The notes below the pieces were generated by a model. That model did no database searches. It worked only from the letters and a program-made list of their open reading frames with translations, and was not told the DNA's origin. From Candidatus Brocadiia bacterium (lineage in GTDB: Bacteria; Planctomycetota; Brocadiia; SM23-32), in the NCBI GenBank assembly GCA_046538485.1, contig JBKHIT010000003.1, positions 83,199 to 147,198 on the forward strand: a stretch of 64,000 bases of DNA, written 5' to 3'. This document shows, in pieces, positions 36,338 to 45,827 of the stretch; the first letter of the stretch is position 1; every line of letters begins with the position of its first letter. The position numbers were made by a program, and so were the translations under genes.

Positions 36338-39300
36338 ATGAACCATAAACTCAGAAGGCCCTTGAGTTTTTCTGTTTTCCTTGTTTTCACACTTGCGAAC
36401 TGGGCTTGTGTTTTTGCGGGAGAAGCCGGCCAGATGAAGGAAAAGAGTGCGGCCGGTGAGGTATCATTTTCATACGAGCTTAAAGAGTCCGGACGTGTTT
36501 CAGCAGCCGTCTACGATACCGAGGGACATTTGCTACGTGAATTGCTGCGCGCTGAAAAGCAAAAACCGGGGCAGCATATTATTTCCTGGGATGGGTTGGA
36601 CCGTGAAGGTAATCCGCAGAAGCCTGGCGAATACCAGTGGCGGGTGCTCCGCACACCCGGTTTTAGAGCCGAATACGTGACGAATTTGGGCATTAATCCG
36701 GATTCCGTTCCTTATGACAAATGGGTGGGCAATCATGGTGGACCGGCCTCGGTCGAGGTCGATTCGTCCGGAATGTATATCGCAGCGACAGTGACAGAAA
36801 CGGCCCCTGTGCTTTTGAAACAATCGCTCGGTGGTAAGGAGCGATTCTGGACGCGTGGCCGGGGCGATGTTACGACGGGACGTTTCCAGGGCGGTGTTTC
36901 TCTGGCGAGCGATGGCGAAGGGACGCTCTATATGTTGCAGCAGAACGCCTACGTTCAGGTAATTGATGCAAAAAGTGGACACCGGCGTGGCACGTGGGAT
37001 CTTCTGCCCGAGGACGATGAACGTCGCGAAGACGGCCGTCTGAAACATCGTCGTTACAAGCACGGGCAGGCGATTTCTATGATAGACCTGGATGCGCGGG
37101 GGAGAACGGTGGTGATAAGCTACCACGACAGGGATAAAGTTTGCTGGGTGAGTCCTGATGACGGTTCGGTGCAATCGGAGGTGGCCATTGAGAATCCCTG
37201 GGGCGTTGAAGTGGGGTCGAATGACGAAGTTTTCGTGATTTCTTCAAAGAAGATAGTCAAAGTTGCGGCCTCCGGTGAACAGAGCGTGGTCGTTGCGGCC
37301 GGAATGATATCACCTCGGCGTCTTGCGATTGACCAAACGAGCGGAGATTTGTTGGTTTCTGAATTTGCCCCCACGCATCAGGTGAAACGTTTTTCGCCGA
37401 AGGGCAAACTCCAGAGTACCTACGGGCGGAAGGGCGGACGGCAGGATGGGCTTTATGTTCCAACGGATTTCCTGCACATTACCTCGATCTGTTCTGACGG
37501 ACAGGATGGCTTTGTTGTTACCGAGGAAAGAACCGCCCCGCGACGTGTGGCGCGTTTCAATGGAGAAGGACAGCTGGTGAAGGAGTGGTACGGCGGTCAA
37601 CCTTACTATACCTGGGGAGAACCGGATACGCGCAATCCTCTCCGTGTCTGGTTTAATCCGGGATCATGGCTGACTTTGGCCGAGATAGACGCTGAAACCA
37701 AAAAATGGCGGGTTCTTGAAAATTATCGCCAGAGCGAGCTTGGCGGTGGGCTTGTGCGGACGGTCACCGGACACCGCGGGCGCTGGCATGTGTTGTATCG
37801 TGGGGATCAGCGGTATCTGGTCAGCGAAGGGGTACCACACGTTCTATTGCACGAAAAAGGTGCGCTGCGGGCGGTCGCAGTGGTGAGCAATGATGCCAGG
37901 CAGGTGTCAGTTGCTGCGGAGATGGCTGGCTACGAAGAAAAAGCGCGGTCATTTCGATGGCTCGATAAAAACAGGGACGGAACGCCTCAAGGTGAGGAGT
38001 TTACGTTCTCGCCCGAAAGGCATGTGCCACGCGGACGTTGGGTTTCCGACAAGTTTGAAATTGTCGGTTTCGCTTCCGGGCGCGGGGAAGATGGCGCATT
38101 TGTCCGAGTCACCAGCACGCATCCAAAATGGACACAACGCGGGCCTGTCTACCCGATCGGGAATGAGGATGGTGTCAACAACACCGCCGGGGAAATGGAG
38201 GTTCCCAGCCCCGCAACGACAGGCGGAACACGGGGAGCGTGTGCTTTTCGCGACCGTAAGGGGGACTATTACGCTATTTACAATACCAGCAGTGACAGGC
38301 ACGGGACTACCTGGCCTACCGAATGGGGAGGGCGAAGCCGGGTTGTCAGGTGGGATTCAAAGGGAAACAAGCAATGGGAGGTCGGTCGGCATGCAATCCA
38401 TGGCGGGCTCGGGAGTCGGCCTCACACGACCCCGCCGGGATACCTGCACGTGCCCGCGGCAATGATCGGAGAAATCCGCAATACGGTCGTAATGACCGAT
38501 CGAGTCGAATGGATGGGATTAGTGTGGACGAAAGACGGATTATGCTGCGGCGATGTGCTGGATGGGCGCGTTGAAGACGGGTTGCCGGAGATTTGTTATT
38601 ACTGGTGGCGGACGCCCAGCGGCAAAGAAGCGATCATTACCAGTGACAATGCGACCGGTGGAGCTATTGTTGAAAACGATGATGGGTCCGTATACTTTTT
38701 CACTCAGGGCCGCAACAGTGTGCCCGTTTACAAAATACACGGATGGGAGGACTGGAAACGTTTCAATGGGAAGATCGAACTCAAAGCCGAACCGCTTTAC
38801 GCACGCGGAGAGGGCAAAGGACTTACCGCGCGGTATTATCGCATAAAGAGCGAAGGCGGTTCCGAAGAAATAACGGAGTTATTCGAATCTGGCGGGACTG
38901 ATTTTGATGAACCGAATGTTGTCCGTGTCGATCGCCAGGTCTGGCATGGGGTCCCGCGTCATAACCCTGGAAACCATACGATTATCGACGGTTTTCGTGG
39001 TGGGCCAGCCTATGATTGGTCAGAAGGTGTGAAACTTCTGAAGAAGGCCGAAGGGGGACAGCTGGGACTCAATGCTATGGCAAAGCCGTCGCGGGCTTTC
39101 GGGGTGCGGTGGACAGGGGAAATCGAATCCCCGCTGACTGAAATCTTCGTTTTTTCAGTCTATCACCGCGGGCGCGTCAGGCTCTGGATCGATGGGCAAC
39201 AGAAAATATTTGGCTGGAACGAGAGCCGGCAGCGTCGGGAAAGTGGTACGATCGAGCTGAGAGCGGGAAAGCGCTACAGCATCCAGCTCGATTTCAAATC

Positions 39301-39820
39301 CGAGCAGTTGTATCCCGCGTGCAGTTTGAACTGGGAATCATCAAGTATAGATCGGCGGCGTATCCCGCAGAAATATCTTTATCCCGCTGAAATAGAAGTC
39401 GCAGATAAACCGGACGTGCGCGATGCCAGGACCAGAATCCCTGCGTTTACTTTCGATGAGACAAATATAGAGACTGACGATCGGCGAAATTATACCCGGG
39501 GTCTGCGACAGCGGGGGATCGGTACGTCGGGGGCATACCTCGGTTTCAAGCGAATCGATTTTGGAGAAGGGAGTACCAAATTGAAAGCGATGGCGAGGGG
39601 TAATCCAGCGGGGCGGAACAAATTCGACGTTAGTTTCACGTTCAAAATAGATAATCTCGATGGATCTGCGATTGCGAAAGTGAGCATGAGGGACGGCAAA
39701 ATGCGGGAGCGGCCGGTTGAACTGAAAAAAAAGATCTCGGGGATTCACGATGTTTACGTGGTAAACACGAGCCCGAAGAGATGGCATTTTATCGGGTTGA
39801 AATATTTTGTTTTCAAATAA
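36338..39820 (+). CDS. Secreted multidomain protein: FlgD-like Ig, NHL-like beta-propeller, PA14 and CBM6-like domains
   Basis: Signal peptide; VSAAVYD.EG.LLREL…ISWDGLD; P.GV.V / P..LAID repeats; GLTARYY…VRWTGEI…VRLWIDG; FKRIDFG…GIHDVYV. Start ATG 36338. Confidence 0.8.
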   Translation: MNHKLRRPLSFSVFLVFTLANWACVFAGEAGQMKEKSAAGEVSFSYELKESGRVSAAVYDTEGHLLRELLRAEKQKPGQHIISWDGLDREGNPQKPGEYQWRVLRTPGFRAEYVTNLGINPDSVPYDKWVGNHGGPASVEVDSSGMYIAATVTETAPVLLKQSLGGKERFWTRGRGDVTTGRFQGGVSLASDGEGTLYMLQQNAYVQVIDAKSGHRRGTWDLLPEDDERREDGRLKHRRYKHGQAISMIDLDARGRTVVISYHDRDKVCWVSPDDGSVQSEVAIENPWGVEVGSNDEVFVISSKKIVKVAASGEQSVVVAAGMISPRRLAIDQTSGDLLVSEFAPTHQVKRFSPKGKLQSTYGRKGGRQDGLYVPTDFLHITSICSDGQDGFVVTEERTAPRRVARFNGEGQLVKEWYGGQPYYTWGEPDTRNPLRVWFNPGSWLTLAEIDAETKKWRVLENYRQSELGGGLVRTVTGHRGRWHVLYRGDQRYLVSEGVPHVLLHEKGALRAVAVVSNDARQVSVAAEMAGYEEKARSFRWLDKNRDGTPQGEEFTFSPERHVPRGRWVSDKFEIVGFASGRGEDGAFVRVTSTHPKWTQRGPVYPIGNEDGVNNTAGEMEVPSPATTGGTRGACAFRDRKGDYYAIYNTSSDRHGTTWPTEWGGRSRVVRWDSKGNKQWEVGRHAIHGGLGSRPHTTPPGYLHVPAAMIGEIRNTVVMTDRVEWMGLVWTKDGLCCGDVLDGRVEDGLPEICYYWWRTPSGKEAIITSDNATGGAIVENDDGSVYFFTQGRNSVPVYKIHGWEDWKRFNGKIELKAEPLYARGEGKGLTARYYRIKSEGGSEEITELFESGGTDFDEPNVVRVDRQVWHGVPRHNPGNHTIIDGFRGGPAYDWSEGVKLLKKAEGGQLGLNAMAKPSRAFGVRWTGEIESPLTEIFVFSVYHRGRVRLWIDGQQKIFGWNESRQRRESGTIELRAGKRYSIQLDFKSEQLYPACSLNWESSSIDRRRIPQKYLYPAEIEVADKPDVRDARTRIPAFTFDETNIETDDRRNYTRGLRQRGIGTSGAYLGFKRIDFGEGSTKLKAMARGNPAGRNKFDVSFTFKIDNLDGSAIAKVSMRDGKMRERPVELKKKISGIHDVYVVNTSPKRWHFIGLKYFVFK

Positions 39821-39896
39821 CCGGATCGAATTCGTAGAGTTTGGGTACGGTTGGCCACTTTCGAGCGGGACTTACAAAATGGCATTACGACGTTCC

Positions 39897-41252
39897 TTAA
39901 TTCCCGGGTTCGGCCGTACTGGAAGACTTTTCACTTTCGAAGTTTTTCCAGTCATCTTCGATCTTTTCCGCTTCAATGGGAGTGCCGCCGTAATGGAAGG
40001 TCTCCCCGTGTCCCGCAACGACCCTGACATCACGTTCTTCACTGCGTGCGCGAATATGACCGGCAAGAACTTTCACGGTGATGGTATGGTCTTCATCGAC
40101 GGTGACCTCCGCTTTGCCCGAGAGTAAATTCAAGCGAGCGGCTTTTGAGCGGATCTGAAGCTCTGATCGCCCGGGGACGGTCGCGAGCAGTTTGCCGCTG
40201 TAGACGCTTACAGAACCCGCACTATGGATTTGCAGTTTGGATTGGCCAGCAAGGCGGACGGTTTTTTCCCCGAGCTTAATGCGTGCAAGACTACTTTCTA
40301 TCGTGCGGGATACCATTCCGTGTCGAAGCTGCGCTGATTCACCAGCCGAAAGTGATTTATCGCCCAATTTCAGCGTTCCATCGATGGCCTCGATCGTTCC
40401 GATTGGCCAGAACAGAAAATAGCCTGCAATGAGTACGACCACCAGCGCTATTGTCCCGGCGAACTTGGCGAAGTTCAGAAAAGCTTTCCGGGTGGGAGCG
40501 GCAGCCAGCGCGCCCAGGTCATACAGCAGAATAAGCGGGACCGCCATCATGATTTGTGTGAAGGGATCAGGCGGAGTGAAGACGGCGGCGAGGACGAAAC
40601 CGAGGAGAATAGCGGTTTTACGGTGTTTTTGGACCGTTTCGATGGAAATGATGTTCCACTGAACAAGGTGATACATAATAAGGGGAGTCTGAAATACAAT
40701 GCCCAGGACCAGAGTCATCAGGACGATAAGCGAGAGGTAGGGGCCGATCATCAACATCGGTTGAGTGGTCGCACCTGATAGCGTGAGGAGAAAACGCAGT
40801 GCGTAGGGGATAAAAACGAAATACCCGAAGGCTATCCCAATGATAAAACATAGCAGGGAGATAGCGCCCAATCGCAGTAGAACGGAGCGCTCTTTTTTGT
40901 AAAGCCCGGGAGCGACGAAGGCCCACATCTGATAAAGCCAGAAAGGAGCGGCCAGAATCGCGGCGATCAGAAGAGACGCTTTCATATATGCAAGGACATC
41001 TTCGAGATAACCCTGGTACTTTAAGCGGGTATCGATATGATGGGCCTGTGTGGCGAGAATATGCGGCCGGATCAAAATCTGTCGGATGCGATGGCGGAAA
41101 AACCAGGCTAAGATGAAAGCCACTGCAAGGACTGCGAGGCATCTCAAAATTCTCGTTCGGAGTTCTTCCAGGTGGTCTCCGAGCGGCATTTCCAGTTCGC
41201 CTGTCTCGCTCTTGGGTGAATCGGTGTTCACCAGCAATCCGTTTCCTGCCAA
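39897..41252 (-). CDS. tatC: Twin-arginine translocase TatC with an extra C-terminal TM helix and FecR-like domain
   Basis: MPLGDHLEELR, YQMWAFVAPGL, FQTP, TPPDPFTQ…LLYD. About 200 extra aa follow the TatC core, including a hydrophobic helix (aa ~264-282) and a beta-rich FecR-like region. Start uncertain (41252 TTG or 41189 ATG). Confidence 0.88.
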   Translation of the reverse strand: MAGNGLLVNTDSPKSETGELEMPLGDHLEELRTRILRCLAVLAVAFILAWFFRHRIRQILIRPHILATQAHHIDTRLKYQGYLEDVLAYMKASLLIAAILAAPFWLYQMWAFVAPGLYKKERSVLLRLGAISLLCFIIGIAFGYFVFIPYALRFLLTLSGATTQPMLMIGPYLSLIVLMTLVLGIVFQTPLIMYHLVQWNIISIETVQKHRKTAILLGFVLAAVFTPPDPFTQIMMAVPLILLYDLGALAAAPTRKAFLNFAKFAGTIALVVVLIAGYFLFWPIGTIEAIDGTLKLGDKSLSAGESAQLRHGMVSRTIESSLARIKLGEKTVRLAGQSKLQIHSAGSVSVYSGKLLATVPGRSELQIRSKAARLNLLSGKAEVTVDEDHTITVKVLAGHIRARSEERDVRVVAGHGETFHYGGTPIEAEKIEDDWKNFESEKSSSTAEPGN

Positions 41253-41292
41253 GAAAGATTCGGGTGGGGAATTTCAGGAAGAGGTCCGGTCT

Positions 41293-42768
41293 TCAATATT
41301 CTTTTCGCATTCGAGATGACGGAATATTCAGGTTCTTCCGGTATTTGGAGATAGTACGGCGAGCGATATCAATGCCTTCTTCGTTCAGTTTATCCGCGAT
41401 GTCCTGGTCGCTGAGGGGATTGCTCTTATCTTCGTTTTCAACAATATTGAGGAGTTTTTTCTTGACGACTTCCCACGACTCCATTTCTCCATTATCTTTC
41501 TCTACTCCTCCTGTAAAGAAATGCTTGAGAGAATAGATTCCCTGGGGAGTTTGCGCATATTTATCGGAAATTGCCCGGCTGACGGTTGAAACATGGACGC
41601 CCACGCGGTCTGCGACTTCCTGCATTTTCAGCGGTTTCAGGTGCATTTCTCCTTTTTCAAAGAATTCTTTCTGAGCATTAACGATATCCTCAGTCACATT
41701 TTGAACGGTGGCTCGACGTTGCTCAATAGCAGAGATCAATCCTTGGGCGCTTTGAAGCTTTTTCTTCAGATACTCACGCGTCTTTTCATCGAGATCTTTT
41801 TGGCGCAGCCTGCGGGCGTAGTATGCGCAGATGCTCAGCGATGGAAGCCAGCTATCTTCCTGGATTACTTCGAATTTCCCATCTCGTTCAACGATGCGAA
41901 TTTCAGGTGTGACGTGGGGGGTAATGGGTTTTTGGAAGAGGGATCCTGGAATGGGGTTTAGTTTACTGATAGATTCAACAGCTTCTTTCAGCTTTTCAAT
42001 GGAGCAGCCGACAGCTCGGGCAACCTTAGGATAGCGATTTTGGAGGATGTCGTCGAAATGATCGGTGATGATTTTTTTCAGAAGGTCATAATTCGGATCT
42101 CTCTTATCCAGTTGCAACAGCAGGCATTCTTCCGTATTACGGGCGGCAACGCCGGGTGGCTCAAAGCTCTGCACCAGTTTGAGTGCATCCTCGGCCTGCT
42201 CGAGCGTAACGTTATTATCCATCGACGCCACAATCTCTTCCAGAGGATGTGCGAGATAACCTCTGTCGTCGAGGTTGGCAACGATATTTTCGCCGATCGC
42301 GCGCATATCTTCGTCAAGGTCATGGTATGCCAGCTGGCTGTTGAGATGATCTTCGAGAGACGGGTCCGGGGCAGGGGAGTTTTCGAATGCTTCCTGTTTA
42401 TCGCCTTTGGTATTGGGCGAGTAGCTCCCTGATGAGGTTGCGGAGGCTGAACGTTCGTAATATGAGGCCAAATCGTCAAAACGATCAAAATCGTCGGCTT
42501 GCTCTTCTTCGTTGGCGCTGACCTCGTCGAGCTTTTCTTCCTCTGCTGGCTCTTCGACCTCTGAGTTTTCGAGGGATTTTGTTTTTGCATCCTCTTCTTT
42601 ATCTTCAGAGATGGTTTGCTCCAACATGGGGTTTTCCTGCAGTTCTTCATCGATTCGGTGTTTCAACTCAATCAGGGGCAACTGCAGTATTTCTATCGAC
42701 TGGATTACCTGTGGAGCCAGCCGCATACGCATTTCCTGTCGCGCCTGCAGGCTGGCTTCCATTCTCAT
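41293..42768 (-). CDS. rpoN: RNA polymerase sigma-54 factor
   Basis: LAPQVIQSIEILQLP region I, QSFEPPGV, PLKMQEVA..VGVHVSTVSRA, PLSDQ, RpoN box ARRTISKYR. Confidence 0.97.
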   Translation of the reverse strand: MRMEASLQARQEMRMRLAPQVIQSIEILQLPLIELKHRIDEELQENPMLEQTISEDKEEDAKTKSLENSEVEEPAEEEKLDEVSANEEEQADDFDRFDDLASYYERSASATSSGSYSPNTKGDKQEAFENSPAPDPSLEDHLNSQLAYHDLDEDMRAIGENIVANLDDRGYLAHPLEEIVASMDNNVTLEQAEDALKLVQSFEPPGVAARNTEECLLLQLDKRDPNYDLLKKIITDHFDDILQNRYPKVARAVGCSIEKLKEAVESISKLNPIPGSLFQKPITPHVTPEIRIVERDGKFEVIQEDSWLPSLSICAYYARRLRQKDLDEKTREYLKKKLQSAQGLISAIEQRRATVQNVTEDIVNAQKEFFEKGEMHLKPLKMQEVADRVGVHVSTVSRAISDKYAQTPQGIYSLKHFFTGGVEKDNGEMESWEVVKKKLLNIVENEDKSNPLSDQDIADKLNEEGIDIARRTISKYRKNLNIPSSRMRKEY

Positions 42769-42798
42769 GGATTTATTACCTTTCTTCGATTAAAAGGC

Positions 42799-43419
42799 CT
42801 ATTCGGTCTCTGATTGTTCGATTTCACGTCGCCCTTGCAACGCTTCGGTGACAATTGCCGAATCGGCGTACTCGAGGTGGCTGCCGCTGGGAAGTCCTTT
42901 GGCAATGCGCGTGATTTTCACATCGATGTTCTCGAGAGCCTTGCGCACGAATTCGGCGGTTACATCTCCTTCCATATCGGGATTGGTGGCAAGGATGATT
43001 TCTTCACTTTGTTCATCGGCTGCTCTCCGCAGCAGATCATCAATCGTCAGATCTTCAGGCTCAATACCATCAAGAGGTGCCAGGCGGCCGCCGAGAACAT
43101 GGTAAAGCCCCCTGTATCCGCCGCTTTCTTCAATCGCTGCTGCGTCCTGAGAACTTTCGACCACACAAATTGTGCTGGGGTCTCGACGTTCATCGGAGCA
43201 TATGTGACACGGGTCGCTTTCCGATAGCAAATGGCAAATCGAACATTGCCTGATACTCTTTTTGACAGTTTCGATTGCCCGGGCAAGCTCAAGAGCTTCA
43301 TCATTGCTGAGACGCACGATATGATAAGCCAGCCGCTCGGCCGTTTTCTCCCCGACTCCTGGCAGACCGGTCAACCGTTCTACCAACCGGGAAATAGATT
43401 CGGCACCTCCCTTGTTCAT
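42799..43419 (-). CDS. recR: Recombination mediator RecR
   Basis: LPGVGEKTAERLA, C4 zinc finger CSIC…C.IC, YHVLGG…P, ATNPDMEG, TRIAKGLP.G. Confidence 0.97.
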   Translation of the reverse strand: MNKGGAESISRLVERLTGLPGVGEKTAERLAYHIVRLSNDEALELARAIETVKKSIRQCSICHLLSESDPCHICSDERRDPSTICVVESSQDAAAIEESGGYRGLYHVLGGRLAPLDGIEPEDLTIDDLLRRAADEQSEEIILATNPDMEGDVTAEFVRKALENIDVKITRIAKGLPSGSHLEYADSAIVTEALQGRREIEQSETE

Positions 43420-43487
43420 AGTCGGTCCTCTCCTGCTTTCCGGATGCCAGAATTATTGTACCAGCTGAGCTGTATTTTTGCCAATTT

Positions 43488-43838
43488 TTAGAGCAAGTTT
43501 TCGATTCCCGGCAACGGGATTCCCTGGGTCAATTTGCTTTTTTCTTCCTCTTCAATGTCGGCGGCTTTTTTCAAGCCCTGCCTTACGGCAGCGAGGATCA
43601 TCTCCTGGAGGAATTCCGGGTCTTCTTCCTCCAGAATGGTCGGTTCTATCTTGACATCAAGGGGCTCTTGAAGCCCGTTGAAAAGCACCTTCACCATACC
43701 TCCGCCGGCACTTCCCTCGACCACCCGCTCTTTGAGCGTTTCATCGAGTTCATCCATCTGTTTCTGCAATTCTTTTACCTGATTCTGAGCTTGTTTCATG
43801 ATACGACCCATGTCGCCCAGACCGCCTAAACCTTTCAT
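43488..43838 (-). CDS. ybaB: YbaB/EbfC nucleoid-associated protein
   Basis: GSAGGGMVKV..NG…V.I.P…L…I.AA; conserved dnaX-ybaB-recR synteny. Confidence 0.92.
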   Translation of the reverse strand: MKGLGGLGDMGRIMKQAQNQVKELQKQMDELDETLKERVVEGSAGGGMVKVLFNGLQEPLDVKIEPTILEEEDPEFLQEMILAAVRQGLKKAADIEEEEKSKLTQGIPLPGIENLL

Positions 43839-43970
43839 TACCTGGCTCCTGAAATAAATTATCGCTTGTAGAGTTCTTCTTTATCCACTAAAACCACCCG
43901 GTCCCGTTTGCATCATCTTTGTCGAGAGATTTTTGCACGGATAGCGATTTGCGTGTGAAAATAAAACAGT

Positions 43971-45500
43971 TTACTGATCGTCTTCCATGGTGTTTTCGCC
44001 GGTTTGTTTTTGTTCGTCCAATTTTTTTTGCCGTTCCCGCAGCTGTACAGGGCGCAACCCAAATTCTTTATCGGCTTGGATGAACGCTTGCATCAGCGAG
44101 TCTTCGTTTTTTAAACCGTTTGCCAGAGTTCGTTTTTCGGCCGATACTTCAATCTGCTTGTATGTGTCTCTGTCGATTCCCTCCGGGAGATCCATTTTTT
44201 CTGTCTCTGAAATACGTCTCTGACCAGAAGGATTTTTCTGCTGCAGTTTCTTCATCATGCTGGCCACACGCGAAGATTGACTATCTTTCTTTTTTTTTTG
44301 AGGAGACACTCCCGTTGACTTTTTCTGTGCGGTCTCTTTTTCCGTTGACGGATTGGCTTCTGTTTGCGGATCCCCTCCCGAAAGGCGTTCGATAGCTTCT
44401 TCCAAATGCAGCAAATCCTCTGTGTTTGAAAGTTTAATAATAGCCAGTTCCATTGCCAGCCGACCCGTGCTATCGCGTCGGGCTCGGAGTTTTGCCTCAC
44501 GGAAGACCTGAAGTAGATAGAGTATTTGGTCTGGAGAGAAGGCTTCTGCCTGGCGTTCGAGGGTTTCAGAATCAGCGGGGGCGCTGGCGAGCAAGTCATC
44601 CTCTGGTCCACAATAACTGGCGACCAGCAAATCGCGGAGGTATGCCGAAATCTGATCGGCAAAATCCAGAATATCAACGCCCCCCAGCAGCACTTCGTGC
44701 ATTTTTTGCAGGGCCTTGCCGGTTTGCTGGTCAGATAGGGCGTCAACAATTTCGACCAGAGTTTGTGTGCGAGCGGTGCCCAAAACCATGCGGACATCCT
44801 CGGACCGCACCTGCTTTCCACCGAATGCTGCCACCTGGTCGAGTGTCCCGAGGGCGTCCCTCATACTTCCCCGCGCCGCCCGTGCGATAAGTTGCAGCGC
44901 ACCGTCTTCCACCTCAAGATCTTCTTGGGAACAGATCCCACGCAGATGATCGACGATCTGGAGGTCCGATAAACGCCGAAAATCAAAACGCTGGCAGCGG
45001 CTCTTAACAGTTTCAGGTAATTGTTGGGGGTCGGTGGTTGAGAAAATAAATTTTACGTGTTCGGGCGGTTCTTCCAGCGTTTTGAGCAGGGCGTTGAAGG
45101 CATGATCGCTGAGCATATGGACTTCATCAATGTAATAAATTTTGTAACGACTGCGCGCCGGGGCATATTTAACGTTCTGGCGCAACTGTTCGATATCTTC
45201 CACGAGTCGATTTGATGCACCATCGATCTCCATGACATCAATATCCTCCCCGCTTGCAATGCGTTTGCAGGCATCACATTCCCCGCAGGGCTCCGGCGTC
45301 GGTCCTTTTTCGCAGTTCAGAGCGCAGGCAAGGATCCGAGCCATCGTTGTTTTGCCGACTCCGCGGCTGCCGCAGAACAAATAAGCGTGCGCCACTTTGC
45401 CTTCCCGAACTGCATTTTGCAGCGTTCGGGCAACATGTTCTTGTCCAACCACTTCGCTGAACTGAGTCGGTCGGTATTTTCGAGCAAAAACCAAATACAC
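43971..45500 (-). CDS. dnaX: DNA polymerase III subunits gamma/tau
   Basis: YLVFARKYRP, GSRGVGKTT, IDGASN, IDEVHML, NALLKTLEEP, SRCQ, GSMRDA. Start set at GTG 45500 because the upstream ORF extension overlaps the SRP RNA. Confidence 0.96.
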   Translation of the reverse strand: MYLVFARKYRPTQFSEVVGQEHVARTLQNAVREGKVAHAYLFCGSRGVGKTTMARILACALNCEKGPTPEPCGECDACKRIASGEDIDVMEIDGASNRLVEDIEQLRQNVKYAPARSRYKIYYIDEVHMLSDHAFNALLKTLEEPPEHVKFIFSTTDPQQLPETVKSRCQRFDFRRLSDLQIVDHLRGICSQEDLEVEDGALQLIARAARGSMRDALGTLDQVAAFGGKQVRSEDVRMVLGTARTQTLVEIVDALSDQQTGKALQKMHEVLLGGVDILDFADQISAYLRDLLVASYCGPEDDLLASAPADSETLERQAEAFSPDQILYLLQVFREAKLRARRDSTGRLAMELAIIKLSNTEDLLHLEEAIERLSGGDPQTEANPSTEKETAQKKSTGVSPQKKKKDSQSSRVASMMKKLQQKNPSGQRRISETEKMDLPEGIDRDTYKQIEVSAEKRTLANGLKNEDSLMQAFIQADKEFGLRPVQLRERQKKLDEQKQTGENTMEDDQ

Positions 45501-45556
45501 GGAACTGACCCCGGAAAAGCAGAATACTTCCTGTCTGAGAGAAAGCCAAAAATTTG

Positions 45557-45827
45557 GGATCGTGCACTCCGTTTGGCAACACATCTTCGGCAGTAGCCGT
45601 TGTTCAGCTCCCGGCGAGCTGCCCCACGGCAGGCAGGGGTACCGCTTATGGCTGCTGGCGTCAACCCCTGACCAAGTTCACGGCCGCCCTACTCCATGGG
45701 ACCCACCGTTCAATACTGAGCTAACAGCTCTTTTCCTGAAAGATGCCATTGCCGCAGCGGAGCGGTCAGCCCTGCTGAGCGGTTTGCAGGTACAGGGCAC
45801 CGCTAGTACCCCGCTTAGCACGATCCC
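45557..45827 (-). ncRNA. ffs: Large (Bacillus/archaeal-type, Alu-domain-containing) signal recognition particle RNA
   Basis: 5' gatcgtgctaagcggggtactagcggtgccctgtacctgcaaaccgct..cagggc resembles the B. subtilis scRNA Alu domain. Helix 8 reads tcagg-ggt-tgac-gcc-agcagc. The 5' gggatcgtgc pairs with the 3' gcacgatccc; length ~271 nt; sits upstream of dnaX. Confidence 0.93.

Noticed and set aside
45501-45584. N-terminal extension of DnaX given by the ORF track
   Set aside because: Overlaps the SRP RNA 3' end; homology starts at (V/M)YLVFARKYRP.
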